A stretch of 64,000 nucleotides of DNA, taken from contig OZ024743.1 of NCBI GenBank assembly GCA_964016885.1, positions 375,472,001-375,536,000 on the forward strand, given 5' to 3'. Below the pieces are notes generated by a model. That model worked only from the letters and a program-made list of their open reading frames with translations. It had not been told where the DNA came from and did not search any database. Source of the stretch: Eledone cirrhosa (Eukaryota). The translations under genes and the position numbers were made by a program. Below are positions 32,048-47,351 of the stretch, one piece after another (the stretch's first letter is position 1; every line of letters begins with the position of its first letter).

Positions 32048-32216
32048 ATATATATATTCATATGTATATATATATATTCATATGTATATATATATATGTA
32101 TATATATATATTCATATGGATATATATATATTCATATGTATATATATAGGTATATATATATATATTCATATATATATATATATATATTCATATGTATAAA
32201 TATATATATGTATATA

Positions 32217-32252
<36 letters not shown>

Positions 32253-32439
32253 CATATATATACTTATATATATATACATATATATATACATATATATATA
32301 TACATATATATATGTATATACATATGTGTATATATATATATATATATATGTATATGTATATATATATGTATATATATATGTATATATGTATATATATATA
32401 TGTATATATATATATACATATATATATATTTATATGTAC

Positions 32440-32476
<37 letters not shown>

Positions 32477-33038
32477 CATATATACATATGTATATATATA
32501 TATATATATATATGGTGGCTGCCAACTCGTTTTCGAGTACGGCCACTACTTTATATCCATGTAGGAGAACCCCTACCGATGCACTGAACGAGTGTGACTT
32601 TTTAGTCCAGCCAGCGACTTGAAAACTCTGGTACAAACACTACACCTGTAACAATTATTGACACATAGTGCTGGGCCCATGGTACCATGTGACGACAAGT
32701 GCTGAGAGATCTCCAGATATAAAGCAATGCCTGTGCCGTGAAGCTTTTATAGTGAGCAAAGGCACTGCACAAAGCCAGTCCCACTCTCTTAACCAAGATG
32801 ATATTTACCAAAAAGAAGAACAAGTCAACATCATTGGATACCATCAGGGTTGCAAGTGTTATATCAGAGTTTTCCTTCTCCTAGAATTCTGCCTTGACAA
32901 AGGCTAAGGGGTCATCTCTCCCAGTGATTTTGGATGGCCATTGACTCTTAAGAGCTCCTTTGCCCTTTGACAGGTTTTGTTTTTAGTCCTGCAGGATGTG
33001 CAAAGTCACCCTATACATATATATATATACATATATAC

Positions 33039-34369
<1,331 letters not shown>

Positions 34370-34386
34370 TGTATATACGTATATAC

Positions 34387-34447
<61 letters not shown>

Positions 34448-34519
34448 TATACATATATATACATATATAGACATATATATGTATATATATATATTTATAT
34501 ATGTATATATATATATATT

Positions 34520-34601
<82 letters not shown>

Positions 34602-34665
34602 TATGTGTGTATATATATATATATGTATAAATATATATATGTATATATATATGTGTGTGTGTGTG

Positions 34666-34717
<52 letters not shown>

Positions 34718-34861
34718 TATGTGTGTATATATATATATATGTATAAATATATATATGTATATATATATGTGTGTGTGTGTGTATATATGTATATATATAT
34801 GTATATATATATATATATCTATATATATGTATATATATATGTATATATATATATATATGTG

Positions 34862-34892
<31 letters not shown>

Positions 34893-35015
34893 GTGTGTAT
34901 ATATATATATGTGTGTATATATATATATATACATATGTGTATATATATATATGTATATATATATACATATGTGTATATATATATTTATATATATATATAT
35001 ATGTGGGTGTATGTG

Positions 35016-35067
<52 letters not shown>

Positions 35068-35068
35068 G

Positions 35069-35166
<98 letters not shown>

Positions 35167-35178
35167 CATATATATATA

Positions 35179-35367
35179 CATAACGAAGGAAATGTAGTAA
35201 GGAACCAGGTGGACCATAACGCACCAAAGTACTCAATACTTAGGGTAGTAGAGGGGGTAATAGGAACCAGTAAGACCCCGACGGCTGAGCTCAAGCCGTT
35301 TCGACGGCTAATTCTCAGAATTAGCCGTCGAAACGGCTTGAGCTCAGCCGTCGGGGTTTTACTGGTT

Positions 35368-35372
<5 letters not shown>
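35179..35372. repeat. Second copy of palindrome island
   Basis: Arms 35260-35315 and 35317-35372; identical by eye to 26385-26578. Confidence 0.9.
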
Positions 35373-36295
<923 letters not shown>

Positions 36296-36412
36296 ACATT
36301 GAGGACCGAGTAAGTTAGATCGCAGATATATATATATAAAAGACAGCGAGAAGCGAAAACCAACCAAACAGTGAGTGTGTTCTGTTATTAATTCTGGCAA
36401 TATTACGCAAAT

Positions 36413-39400
36413 ATGACCCTCCCCAAATATAACAATATCTGTTTCGACACACGATTTCATATAAAAAACCTCGCAAAACTAATTCATCGCCGCTATGGCA
36501 TTAGCTTGTGCCAAGCTGAAAGGTTATTGAAAGACACTGTTTTCTGTTATATAAAAACTACAATAACAACAGAACAAATCCGCTTCTTAAAACACTGTGT
36601 TTCCTCCAAAACATACACAACAAACATATCAAAACAAGTAAATAATTTATTATTGAACAAAACACAAGCTGAACGGCTAAAACACACAATAACAGTTAAT
36701 ATGAAAAGAACAACATACACAAAAGTCAACGCACTCTACAGACAAAAACGCATCAACGGTAAGGAAATCCGAAATCTCATCACAGCAAACGAGAGAGATG
36801 ACTTCATGAGCGTCATCCGACGCGAAACGAAATATGCTCAAAACGAATGCTGTAGGCATTTCAAGAAGAAATTAGAATGGATGAATAAGAAAAAACTACA
36901 AGAAAGGAAAATCGAATATTCTCAAAAATACCCAGATAACATCGACAACATCCGTATGAGTGATGTAAAACTACCGGAAGAATTTACCAATGACCACACA
37001 GTAAATATCTATGGGAACACTTTAATCAGTGAACAAGAACAACAAATCCTAAAGTTACCACCAAAATTTGCCATCTACAAAAAGATTAACCCTATGGAAT
37101 GCAAAACTGAACTGGAAAAGTGTTTCACAAAAATACGTTGGAATGCAAAGGTAAACAACAACAACAATAATAACGGTAGTAGTAATATAAACAATAACTC
37201 TGGGTATAGAAATAACAGCCATAACCTTAACAATGGCAGGAAAGTGAGAAATAGTGATAATGGTAATAATACTAGCGATAGACAGAACAACAACAACCAC
37301 AATAATAATAATAATAGAAACGTTAACCACAGACACAGCAACAGTGACCACAGTAGTAATAACGGTAACAATACGAACAACAACAACAACGATAACCACA
37401 GTGGTAATAATGGAAATAGTACATGTAGCAACATCAACAAAAACAAGAAACATAATAATAGTAACAACCACAATGGTAGAAATAGCAGTAACAACAACAA
37501 CAATAACGGTGAAGTAAACAACAATACATCTAGCAATCATAACAATAATAATATTAAAGCTAATGATAGAAACAACAACAACCACCATGATAATAATAAT
37601 AGCAACACACACAACTATGACGATAGAAATAACGACAACCCCTTAGAGAAACTATTTTTCAACCCAGCTGACAAAACATATAAGATGGGTAATATCTATC
37701 CTACGAGGTTACCCTTTAATAAAAGAGTTTGCATACCACAACAAATAGATGACGAGACGGAGGCACAGTTCACCATAGCTAGAAATAAGATTAGACAAGT
37801 AGTAGACAGGTACACTATGAGACAGAGCAGACCAGAGGCCCAACAACTTGGGATAAAACCTGTAGAAGGCTTGGTTAGCCTCAAGCAGCGCACAAGGGAT
37901 GGTGAGGTAGTGTGTCTACCCACAGATAAGTCTGGTAGGATGTCAATAGATAGCATGCCGAACTACATCGAGGCAATGCAACCCCACATCACCAACACGA
38001 GCGAAGTTGCACAACTAACACACGATGGGAGAGAAAAAATCCTCAACGCTCACATGATGATGTGGACTGACATCCTAAAGCCAAGCAGACGCACTGCCAA
38101 CAACTTCCAGGCGTCTAACAATGGCATACCACCCTTGTATGGGCTCCGCAAAGACCACAAGACAGTCGACGACCCGACAACAGGACCACCAACAAGACCT
38201 GTATGCGGAGCTAATATAGCTAGCAACTACAGGATCTCCTACTTCCTCTCAATGGTTATACGCCCCATAATCAAGATGTCCCCAGATGTATGTGAAAGTA
38301 CAGAGGACCTCCTCAGCAGAATCAGTGAGTGCAACAAAAACAGGAGCCTATCCAACTGCATAATAGGCAGCATGGATGTGGTGTCACTGTACCCATCCAT
38401 TAACATTGATTTTGCTGTGAAAAGATGTGTGGAGATGATCATTGAGAGTGAGGTGGAGTTCTGCGACGTCGACACAGACGAACTGGGCTTCCTACTTAGA
38501 CTTACCTACGACACTGACTACCTAGACAGCCATGACCTTAGATGTTTCTGCCCTAGTAGACCTATAAGAGGTAGACCCCCCACCATAACCTCAATGGCTA
38601 AAAAGACTCCCATAGGAAGGTGGATTGGGTGGACCAAAGCTATACGGACCCCCCAAAACACTGATCAGGTAAGAAAAATGGTCGCACATGCAATAGGGGC
38701 TAGTATCAAAACTACCCTAAAGGGCCACATATTTAAGTTCAATGAGAAAATCTACACCCAAAATGAGGGAGCAGCCATCGGCGTCAGCATAGCTGGCGAT
38801 GTTGCCAACCTTTTCATGGTATGGTGGGAAAGGAGACTTAAAGATCTCCTTAATGAAAGCTCCATAGACCTCATCATGTACTCTCGTTATGTAGACGATA
38901 TCAATATAGTTATAAGAACACCCCCACTAGAGAGCACTAACAAGTTTGATTTAGAACGTAGCACGATGGAAAGCATCCAGCAGATAGCTAATTCCATACA
39001 CCAGAGTATAACTGTAACTATAGACTTCCCTTCCAAACACCCTAACAATAGACTACCTGTATTAGACACAGAACTCTGGATTAACACTATAGACGAGAGA
39101 GCCCAAATTCTCCACTCACACTATGCTAAACCCATGGCCTCCAAATACCTGATACTCAAAAACTCAGCAATGTCCAGTAGTGCTAAGTTTAATATTCTGA
39201 TCGCAGATTTGGTACGAGTGATGAAGAATGTGTCCAGCATGTGCGACCCAACAGAAATGGAAGGACACATCCAACACTTCATCAACCGCATGCAGTTCTC
39301 TGGCTACAACCAAAGAGACAGAGTCAGAGTATACGAAGGAGCCATGGAAAAGTATAAGACCCTCATAGAACTGGACATGAAAGGAATTTGCCCACTATAC

Positions 39401-40045
39401 AGGAGCAAATCATGGAATAGCTTAGATAGGGCTAGACATAAGATAGGGAAGGCCACATCATGGTACGACAACCAGAGATATCAGAGTGTCATGTTTGTGG
39501 ACGCCACCCCTGGAGGGAAATTAGCTAACCAGTGTAGAAAGGCCCTGAGAAAGACCCACTTAAAAATAAAGGTGGTAGAAAAGCCAGGAACCACCATAAA
39601 ATCCCTGATCAGCAAAACCTACCCTTTTAAGAAAACCCACTGTACCAATAGGAAATGTATCATATGTAAGGTGAACCCCCGGATAAACTGTAAAACTAGA
39701 AACGTAGTCTATAGCATAAGATGTACAGAGGGTACTTGTAGAAACACGACAACAACATACATAGGTGAGACAGCTCGTAGCATAGGTGAAAGGATAGACC
39801 AACACTGGGGGGAACTAAAAGGACGAAAAAACGGGTCAGTACTATACGAACATGCTAGACAACATCATGACGGTAACATAGACAACATAGAAATTAGAAT
39901 AATATCTAAACATAGGAATGACCCAGCAGATAGGCAAATCAGAGAGGCCAGTGAAATAGAAATTAGAAGACCAAAGCTAAACAGAAAGAATGAGTGGAAC
40001 AACAACAACACCCAAACAAACAACACTGACCTAAGAGAAGTATAA
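36413..40045 (+). CDS. PLE polyprotein 1210 aa: basic N-terminus, Asn-rich region, RT, Cys linker, GIY-YIG endonuclease
   Basis: [73 protein letters not shown] linker, VVYSIRC-x4-C..YIGET..RIDQH..H, IREA, PKLN. Confidence 0.96.
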   Translation: MTLPKYNNICFDTRFHIKNLAKLIHRRYGISLCQAERLLKDTVFCYIKTTITTEQIRFLKHCVSSKTYTTNISKQVNNLLLNKTQAERLKHTITVNMKRTTYTKVNALYRQKRINGKEIRNLITANERDDFMSVIRRETKYAQNECCRHFKKKLEWMNKKKLQERKIEYSQKYPDNIDNIRMSDVKLPEEFTNDHTVNIYGNTLISEQEQQILKLPPKFAIYKKINPMECKTELEKCFTKIRWNAKVNNNNNNNGSSNINNNSGYRNNSHNLNNGRKVRNSDNGNNTSDRQNNNNHNNNNNRNVNHRHSNSDHSSNNGNNTNNNNNDNHSGNNGNSTCSNINKNKKHNNSNNHNGRNSSNNNNNNGEVNNNTSSNHNNNNIKANDRNNNNHHDNNNSNTHNYDDRNNDNPLEKLFFNPADKTYKMGNIYPTRLPFNKRVCIPQQIDDETEAQFTIARNKIRQVVDRYTMRQSRPEAQQLGIKPVEGLVSLKQRTRDGEVVCLPTDKSGRMSIDSMPNYIEAMQPHITNTSEVAQLTHDGREKILNAHMMMWTDILKPSRRTANNFQASNNGIPPLYGLRKDHKTVDDPTTGPPTRPVCGANIASNYRISYFLSMVIRPIIKMSPDVCESTEDLLSRISECNKNRSLSNCIIGSMDVVSLYPSINIDFAVKRCVEMIIESEVEFCDVDTDELGFLLRLTYDTDYLDSHDLRCFCPSRPIRGRPPTITSMAKKTPIGRWIGWTKAIRTPQNTDQVRKMVAHAIGASIKTTLKGHIFKFNEKIYTQNEGAAIGVSIAGDVANLFMVWWERRLKDLLNESSIDLIMYSRYVDDINIVIRTPPLESTNKFDLERSTMESIQQIANSIHQSITVTIDFPSKHPNNRLPVLDTELWINTIDERAQILHSHYAKPMASKYLILKNSAMSSSAKFNILIADLVRVMKNVSSMCDPTEMEGHIQHFINRMQFSGYNQRDRVRVYEGAMEKYKTLIELDMKGICPLYRSKSWNSLDRARHKIGKATSWYDNQRYQSVMFVDATPGGKLANQCRKALRKTHLKIKVVEKPGTTIKSLISKTYPFKKTHCTNRKCIICKVNPRINCKTRNVVYSIRCTEGTCRNTTTTYIGETARSIGERIDQHWGELKGRKNGSVLYEHARQHHDGNIDNIEIRIISKHRNDPADRQIREASEIEIRRPKLNRKNEWNNNNTQTNNTDLREV

Positions 40046-40168
40046 ATAAATAAGTAAATTAAATTAAATAAAATAAGATAAATAAATACATACACAAGCA
40101 CATAAACACACACTAGTCACCCAGCAGACACAACACTATACACACTAGTCACACATCACACACGCAAA

Positions 40169-40260
40169 CGCATGCGCAAAGAAGACAAAATAAAATAAGA
40201 TAAACAAACAAGCAAACAAATAAATAAATATATAGACGGACTGAACAAAAAAAATGGCGT
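40169..40260 (+). promoter_or_regulatory. Putative internal pLTR promoter: NRF1-like CGCATGCGCA and YY1-like AAAATGGCG
   Basis: Motifs at 40169-40178 and 40251-40259; the same order is kept in diverged A2 (12577-12587, 12616-12625) and in the older A copy (7231-7240, 7280-7288). Confidence 0.5.
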
Positions 40261-40299
40261 AGACATACAACACAACAGGAGGAACAATGAATATAACAC

Positions 40300-40337
40300 C
40301 ACTGACGATGTTGCAGATGTGCAACGAAAGATTTATG
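40300..40337 (+). ncRNA. Type I hammerhead ribozyme motif (family A pLTR)
   Basis: CTGACGA 40302-40308, extra T, GTTGCA/TGCAAC stem II, GAAA 40326-40329, self-complementary AGATTT stem III, predicted cleavage after A40335. Proximal stem I is only 2 bp. Confidence 0.68.
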
Positions 40338-40529
40338 TAAACTATATATATATGTGTTTGTCTATATTGTATCTGTATTATTTTATTTTTGACCACCGGT
40401 CAGTCAATGGCAACATTGAGGACCGAGTAAGTTAGATCGCAGATATATATATATAAAAGACAGCGAGAAGCGAAAACCAACCAAACAGTGAGTGTGTTCT
40501 GTTATTAATTCTGGCAATATTACGCAAAT

Positions 40530-43500
40530 ATGACCCTCCCCAAATATAACAATATCTGTTTCGACACACGATTTCATATAAAAAACCTCGCAAAACTAAT
40601 TCATCGCCGCTATGGCATTAGCTTGTGCCAAGCTGAAAGGTTATTGAAAGACACTGTTTTCTGTTATATAAAAACTACAATAACAACAGAACAAATCCGC
40701 TTCTTAAAACACTGTGTTTCCTCCAAAACATACACAACAAACATATCAAAACAAGTAAATAATTTATTATTGAACAAAACACAAGCTGAACGGCTAAAAC
40801 ACACAATAACAGTTAATATGAAAAGAACAACATACACAAAAGTCAACGCACTCTACAGACAAAAACGCATCAACGGTAAGGAAATCCGAAATCTCATCAC
40901 AGCAAACGAGAGAGATGACTTCATGAGCGTCATCCGACGCGAAACGAAATATGCTCAAAACGAATGCTGTAGGCATTTCAAGAAGAAATTAGAATGGATG
41001 AATAAGAAAAAACTACAAGAAAGGAAAATCGAATATTCTCAAAAATACCCAGATAACATCGACAACATCCGTATGAGTGATGTAAAACTACCGGAAGAAT
41101 TTACCAATGACCACACAGTAAATATCTATGGGAACACTTTAATCAGTGAACAAGAACAACAAATCCTAAAGTTACCACCAAAATTTGCCATCTACAAAAA
41201 GATTAACCCTATGGAATGCAAAACTGAACTGGAAAAGTGTTTCACAAAAATACGTTGGAATGCAAAGGTAAACAACAACAACAATAATAACGGTAGTAGT
41301 AATATAAACAATAACTCTGGGTATAGAAATAACAGCCATAACCATAACAATGGCAGGAAAGTGAGAAATAGTGATAATGGTAATAATACTAGCGATAGAC
41401 AGAACAACAACAACCACAATAATAATAATAATAGAAACGTTAACCACAGACACAGCAACAGTGACCACAGTAGTAATAACGGTAACAATACGAACAACAA
41501 CAACAACGATAACCACAGTGGTAATAATGGAAATAGTACATGTAGCAACATCAACAAAAACAAGAAACATAATAATAGTAACAACCACAATGGTAGAAAT
41601 AGCAGTAACAACAACAACAATAACGGTGAAGTAAACAACAATACATCTAGCAATCATAACAATAATAATATTAAAGCTAATGATAGAAACAACAACAACC
41701 ACCATGATAATAATAATAGCAACACACACAACTATGACGATAGAAATAACGACAACCCCTTAGAGAAACTATTTTTCAACCCAGCTGACAAAACATATAA
41801 GATGGGTAATATCTATCCTACGAGGTTACCCTTTAATAAAAGAGTTTGCATACCACAACAAATAGATGACGAGACGGAGGCACAGTTCACCATAGCTAGA
41901 AATAAGATTAGACAAGTAGTAGACAGGTACACTATGAGACAGAGCAGACCAGAGGCCCAACAACTTGGGATAAAACCTGTAGAAGGCTTGGTTAGCCTCA
42001 AGCAGCGCACAAGGGATGGTGAGGTAGTGTGTCTACCCACAGATAAGTCTGGTAGGATGTCAATAGATAGCATGCCGAACTACATCGAGGCAATGCAACC
42101 CCACATCACCAACACGAGCGAAGTTGCACAACTAACACACGATGGGAGAGAAAAAATCCTCAACGCTCACATGATGATGTGGACTGACATCCTAAAGCCA
42201 AGCAGACGCACTGCCAACAACTTCCAGGCGTCTAACAATGGCATACCACCCTTGTATGGGCTCCGCAAAGACCACAAGACAGTCGACGACCCGACAACAG
42301 GACCACCAACAAGACCTGTATGCGGAGCTAATATAGCTAGCAACTACAGGATCTCCTACTTCCTCTCAATGGTTATACGCCCCATAATCAAGATGTCCCC
42401 AGATGTATGTGAAAGTACAGAGGACCTCCTCAGCAGAATCAGTGAGTGCAACAAAAACAGGAGCCTATCCAACTGCATAATAGGCAGCATGGATGTGGTG
42501 TCACTGTACCCATCCATTAACATTGATTTTGCTGTGAAAAGATGTGTGGAGATGATCATTGAGAGTGAGGTGGAGTTCTGCGACGTCGACACAGACGAAC
42601 TGGGCCTCCTACTTAGACTTACCTACGACACTGACTACCTAGACAGCCATGACCTTAGATGTTTCTGCCCTAGTAGACCTATAAGAGGTAGACCCCCCAC
42701 CATAACCTCAATGGCTAAAAAGACTCCCATAGGAAGGTGGATTGGGTGGACCAAAGCTATACGGACCCCCCAAAACACTGATCAGGTAAGAAAAATGGTC
42801 GCACATGCAATAGGGGCTAGTATCAAAACTACCCTAAAGGGCCACATATTTAAGTTCAATGAGAAAATCTACACCCAAAATGAGGGAGCAGCCATCGGCG
42901 TCAGCATAGCTGGCGATGTTGCCAACCTTTTCATGGTATGGTGGGAAAGGAGACTTAAAGATCTCCTTAATGAAAGCTCCATAGACCTCATCATGTACTC
43001 TCGTTATGTAGACGATATCAATATAGTTATAAGAACACCCCCACTAGAGAGCACTAACAAGTTTGATTTAGAACGTAGCACGATGGAAAGCATCCAGCAG
43101 ATAGCTAATTCCATACACCAGAGTATAACTGTAACTATAGACTTCCCTTCCAAACACCCTAACAATAGACTACCTGTATTAGACACAGAACTCTGGATTA
43201 ACACTATAGACGAGAGAGCCCAAATTCTCCACTCACACTATGCTAAACCCATGGCCTCCAAATACCTGATACTCAAAAACTCAGCAATGTCCAGTAGTGC
43301 TAAGTTTAATATTCTGATCGCAGATTTGGTACGAGTGATGAAGAATGTGTCCAGCATGTGCGACCCAACAGAAATGGAAGGACACATCCAACACTTCATC
43401 AACCGCATGCAGTTCTCTGGCTACAACCAAAGAGACAGAGTCAGAGTATACGAAGGAGCCATGGAAAAGTATAAGACCCTCATAGAACTGGACATGAAAG

Positions 43501-44162
43501 GAATTTGCCCACTATACAGGAGCAAATCATGGAATAGCTTAGATAGGGCTAGACATAAGATAGGGAAGGCCACATCATGGTACGACAACCAGAGATATCA
43601 GAGTGTCATGTTTGTGGACGCCACCCCTGGAGGGAAATTAGCTAACCAGTGTAGAAAGGCCCTGAGAAAGACCCACTTAAAAATAAAGGTGGTAGAAAAG
43701 CCAGGAACCACCATAAAATCCCTGATCAGCAAAACCTACCCTTTTAAGAAAACCCACTGTACCAATAGGAAATGTATCATATGTAAGGTGAACCCCCGGA
43801 TAAACTGTAAAACTAGAAACGTAGTCTATAGCATAAGATGTACAGAGGGTACTTGTAGAAACACGACAACAACATACATAGGTGAGACAGCTCGTAGCAT
43901 AGGTGAAAGGATAGACCAACACTGGGGGGAACTAAAAGGACGAAAAAACGGGTCAGTACTATACGAACATGCTAGACAACATCATGACGGTAACATAGAC
44001 AACATAGAAATTAGAATAATATCTAAACATAGGAATGACCCAGCAGATAGGCAAATCAGAGAGGCCAGTGAAATAGAAATTAGAAGACCAAAGCTAAACA
44101 GAAAGAATGAGTGGAACAACAACAACACCCAAACAAACAACACTGACCTAAGAGAAGTATAA
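40530..44162 (+). CDS. Second intact copy of family A polyprotein (1210 aa)
   Basis: I find only two aa differences from the first copy (SHNLNN/SHNHNN, ELGFLL/ELGLLL). Confidence 0.96.
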   Translation: MTLPKYNNICFDTRFHIKNLAKLIHRRYGISLCQAERLLKDTVFCYIKTTITTEQIRFLKHCVSSKTYTTNISKQVNNLLLNKTQAERLKHTITVNMKRTTYTKVNALYRQKRINGKEIRNLITANERDDFMSVIRRETKYAQNECCRHFKKKLEWMNKKKLQERKIEYSQKYPDNIDNIRMSDVKLPEEFTNDHTVNIYGNTLISEQEQQILKLPPKFAIYKKINPMECKTELEKCFTKIRWNAKVNNNNNNNGSSNINNNSGYRNNSHNHNNGRKVRNSDNGNNTSDRQNNNNHNNNNNRNVNHRHSNSDHSSNNGNNTNNNNNDNHSGNNGNSTCSNINKNKKHNNSNNHNGRNSSNNNNNNGEVNNNTSSNHNNNNIKANDRNNNNHHDNNNSNTHNYDDRNNDNPLEKLFFNPADKTYKMGNIYPTRLPFNKRVCIPQQIDDETEAQFTIARNKIRQVVDRYTMRQSRPEAQQLGIKPVEGLVSLKQRTRDGEVVCLPTDKSGRMSIDSMPNYIEAMQPHITNTSEVAQLTHDGREKILNAHMMMWTDILKPSRRTANNFQASNNGIPPLYGLRKDHKTVDDPTTGPPTRPVCGANIASNYRISYFLSMVIRPIIKMSPDVCESTEDLLSRISECNKNRSLSNCIIGSMDVVSLYPSINIDFAVKRCVEMIIESEVEFCDVDTDELGLLLRLTYDTDYLDSHDLRCFCPSRPIRGRPPTITSMAKKTPIGRWIGWTKAIRTPQNTDQVRKMVAHAIGASIKTTLKGHIFKFNEKIYTQNEGAAIGVSIAGDVANLFMVWWERRLKDLLNESSIDLIMYSRYVDDINIVIRTPPLESTNKFDLERSTMESIQQIANSIHQSITVTIDFPSKHPNNRLPVLDTELWINTIDERAQILHSHYAKPMASKYLILKNSAMSSSAKFNILIADLVRVMKNVSSMCDPTEMEGHIQHFINRMQFSGYNQRDRVRVYEGAMEKYKTLIELDMKGICPLYRSKSWNSLDRARHKIGKATSWYDNQRYQSVMFVDATPGGKLANQCRKALRKTHLKIKVVEKPGTTIKSLISKTYPFKKTHCTNRKCIICKVNPRINCKTRNVVYSIRCTEGTCRNTTTTYIGETARSIGERIDQHWGELKGRKNGSVLYEHARQHHDGNIDNIEIRIISKHRNDPADRQIREASEIEIRRPKLNRKNEWNNNNTQTNNTDLREV

Positions 44163-44416
44163 ATAAATAAGTAAATTAAATTAAATAAAATAAGATAAAT
44201 AAATACATACACAAGCACATAAACACACACTAGTCACCCAGCAGACACAACACTATACACACTAGTCACACATCACACACGCAAACGCATGCGCAAAGAA
44301 GACAAAATAAAATAAGATAAACAAACAAGCAAACAAATAAATAAATATATAGACGGACTGAACAAAAAAAATGGCGTAGACATACAACACAACAGGAGGA
44401 ACAATGAATATAACAC

Positions 44417-44454
44417 CACTGACGATGTTGCAGATGTGCAACGAAAGATTTATG
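44417..44454 (+). ncRNA. Type I hammerhead ribozyme motif (family A, downstream pLTR)
   Basis: Identical to 40300-40337, offset 4117. Confidence 0.68.
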
Positions 44455-44725
44455 TAAACTATATATATATGTGTTTGTCTATATTGTATCTGTATTATTT
44501 TATTTTTGACCACCGGTCAGTCAATGGCAACATTGAGGACCGAGTAAGTTAGATCGCAGATATATATATATAAAAGACAGCGAGAAGCGAAAACCAACCA
44601 AACAGTGAGTGTGTTCTGTTATTAATTCTGGCAATATTACGCAAATATGACCCTCCCCAAATATAACAATATCTGTTTCGACACACGATTTCATATAAAA
44701 AACCTCGCAAAACTAATTCATCGCC

Positions 44726-45435
<710 letters not shown>

Positions 45436-45561
45436 ATGTAAAGTTATATTTAAAATTGTTGGGTTACAACTAGTAAATATTTATAACTGATATAAAAGCA
45501 CTCGACAAATACTTGGAGTATATTTACAATATTAAATAAATGGAAAACTATATTTATAAAA

Positions 45562-45642
45562 CCATATTTATTTCATTATATATATTTCGGGGATATCATA
45601 TTAACAATATGCTATGCCTTCATCAGACAAAATACAATATAA
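45562..45642 (-). ncRNA. Type I hammerhead ribozyme (family B, inverted copy)
   Basis: Reverse complement of 50443-50523. Confidence 0.75.
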
Positions 45643-46005
45643 ACAGTTTTATAGATAAATATATTCGACATACCGTAATAAACATCAACTTCATTTGAAG
45701 AGGTTCACTCTAGCAGTGAAAATACAGAGAGAAAGAAAGAGAGAGAGAAAAGAGGGAAATAGGAAAGAAAGAAAGACAAAACGAAGAAAAGGAAGAAAAA
45801 GAAGAAAAAGAAAAAGAAGAAATGCATGGGACAAAATAGAGAGATGGAAAAATAGATAAAGCGAAGAGCTTCATGTAAAGAGACAGAAAGAGATATATAT
45901 ATATAGAGAGAGAGAGAGGAAGTAGAGATAGATACATATATAAATATAGATATAGAAAAATTAGGTAGTGGGAGGTCATTTTGAGTAAGTGTATCAATGA
46001 TGCAT

Positions 46006-46040
<35 letters not shown>

Positions 46041-47351
46041 GCTCAAGTATTAATGTAAGGGAGATATATAGAGAGATATAGAGAGAGAAAAAATTTAAAA
46101 ATAGCCAGACATATTCGAGGCGTAGAGAACCCTATGTTTTAATGTATTAGTATTTATAAAACTTACACTATATTGTAAATATCAGTATTCCTGAATGAAA
46201 CAAGTATTCACAATGCGTGAAAATTCATTATCTTATGTTTAGTTTTTTAAAAAATTCATATGTCTATGTGAATCCAACTGATTCACTCCGCAAATTCAAA
46301 GTTACCGGAAAACATTCTCAATGTGGTATAAAAATTTGAGCGTATTATTATTCTTGCGATTACTCTACAAGATTATCTATCAAGCAGAAATAGAGAGCAG
46401 ATTTCAATATACTAATCGAAAATATATATTATATTATAAGCAGAGATAACAATAATAATGATAATAAGTAAAAATATATAAAAATATAAAAATATAGAAT
46501 AGAAAACTAAAAAAGAATATTACGAAAGAATATTACATAATAAAAATATTGCATATTAAAAATACTACGTATTAAAAATATTACGTATTAAAACTTTACA
46601 TATAAAAATATTAAAAATAAAAATTTACATATAAAAATATTAAAAATAAAAATAAAATAAAATAAAAAATAAAAATATTATAGAATACTACAATACTAAA
46701 AGAATAAAAATAAAAATAAAAATAAAAATAAAAATAAAAATAAAAATAAAAATAAAAATAAAAATGAAAATAAAAATAAACCACAAAGAACAACCCTTCA
46801 AAGTTAATTGACAATATATTGCCAAGTTCACTACAAGACAAAGCCAAAAATTATCTATCAAATCACATCTAGCAAGGAATATCGCAAAAAAAAAAAGGTT
46901 ATGATGTCCAATAATGTCTACATATGTTCCTATATTTAATATATAAGTTTATCAAGTGTAAGGTTAATTCAAAAAATTGGAGCATCGGCTTTTAGGGTAG
47001 CTTAATTTTTCATGAGGAATGTTTAGATAAAAATAAAAATAAAAATAAAAATAAATAAAATAAAATAAACAATAAAAAATAAAAAGAGTAAAAAGAGGGA
47101 ATCAAAGATTTAGGAATCAAAAGATTTATCGGCTAGTTCTCATATAAATATAAATCAAACTAAATATACTAGTATAAAGAATATCTCCTCTGCGCAGAGG
47201 TCACATGTCTCAGAGGATGAATTAAAAGGAATCCCTCTTGAGACTATATTCCAAGCCGTCGAATATCTAACGTTATCTAGCTTAAGTTGCCAGAGTACGC
47301 CTGATAGTGCCGTTGAAGATTTTTTATTTGGATCTGTGAAAGAATTCTCTA

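Noticed and set aside
36310-36315. GTAAGT splice-donor-like site in the family A pLTR
   Set aside because: Absent from the older A copies (7446, 10299), and no convincing acceptor was identified.
37055-37612. Hydrophobic Val/Ile/Leu-rich antisense ORFs (also 8182-8807, 41172-41729)
   Set aside because: Shadow frames of the AAC/AAT Asn tract.
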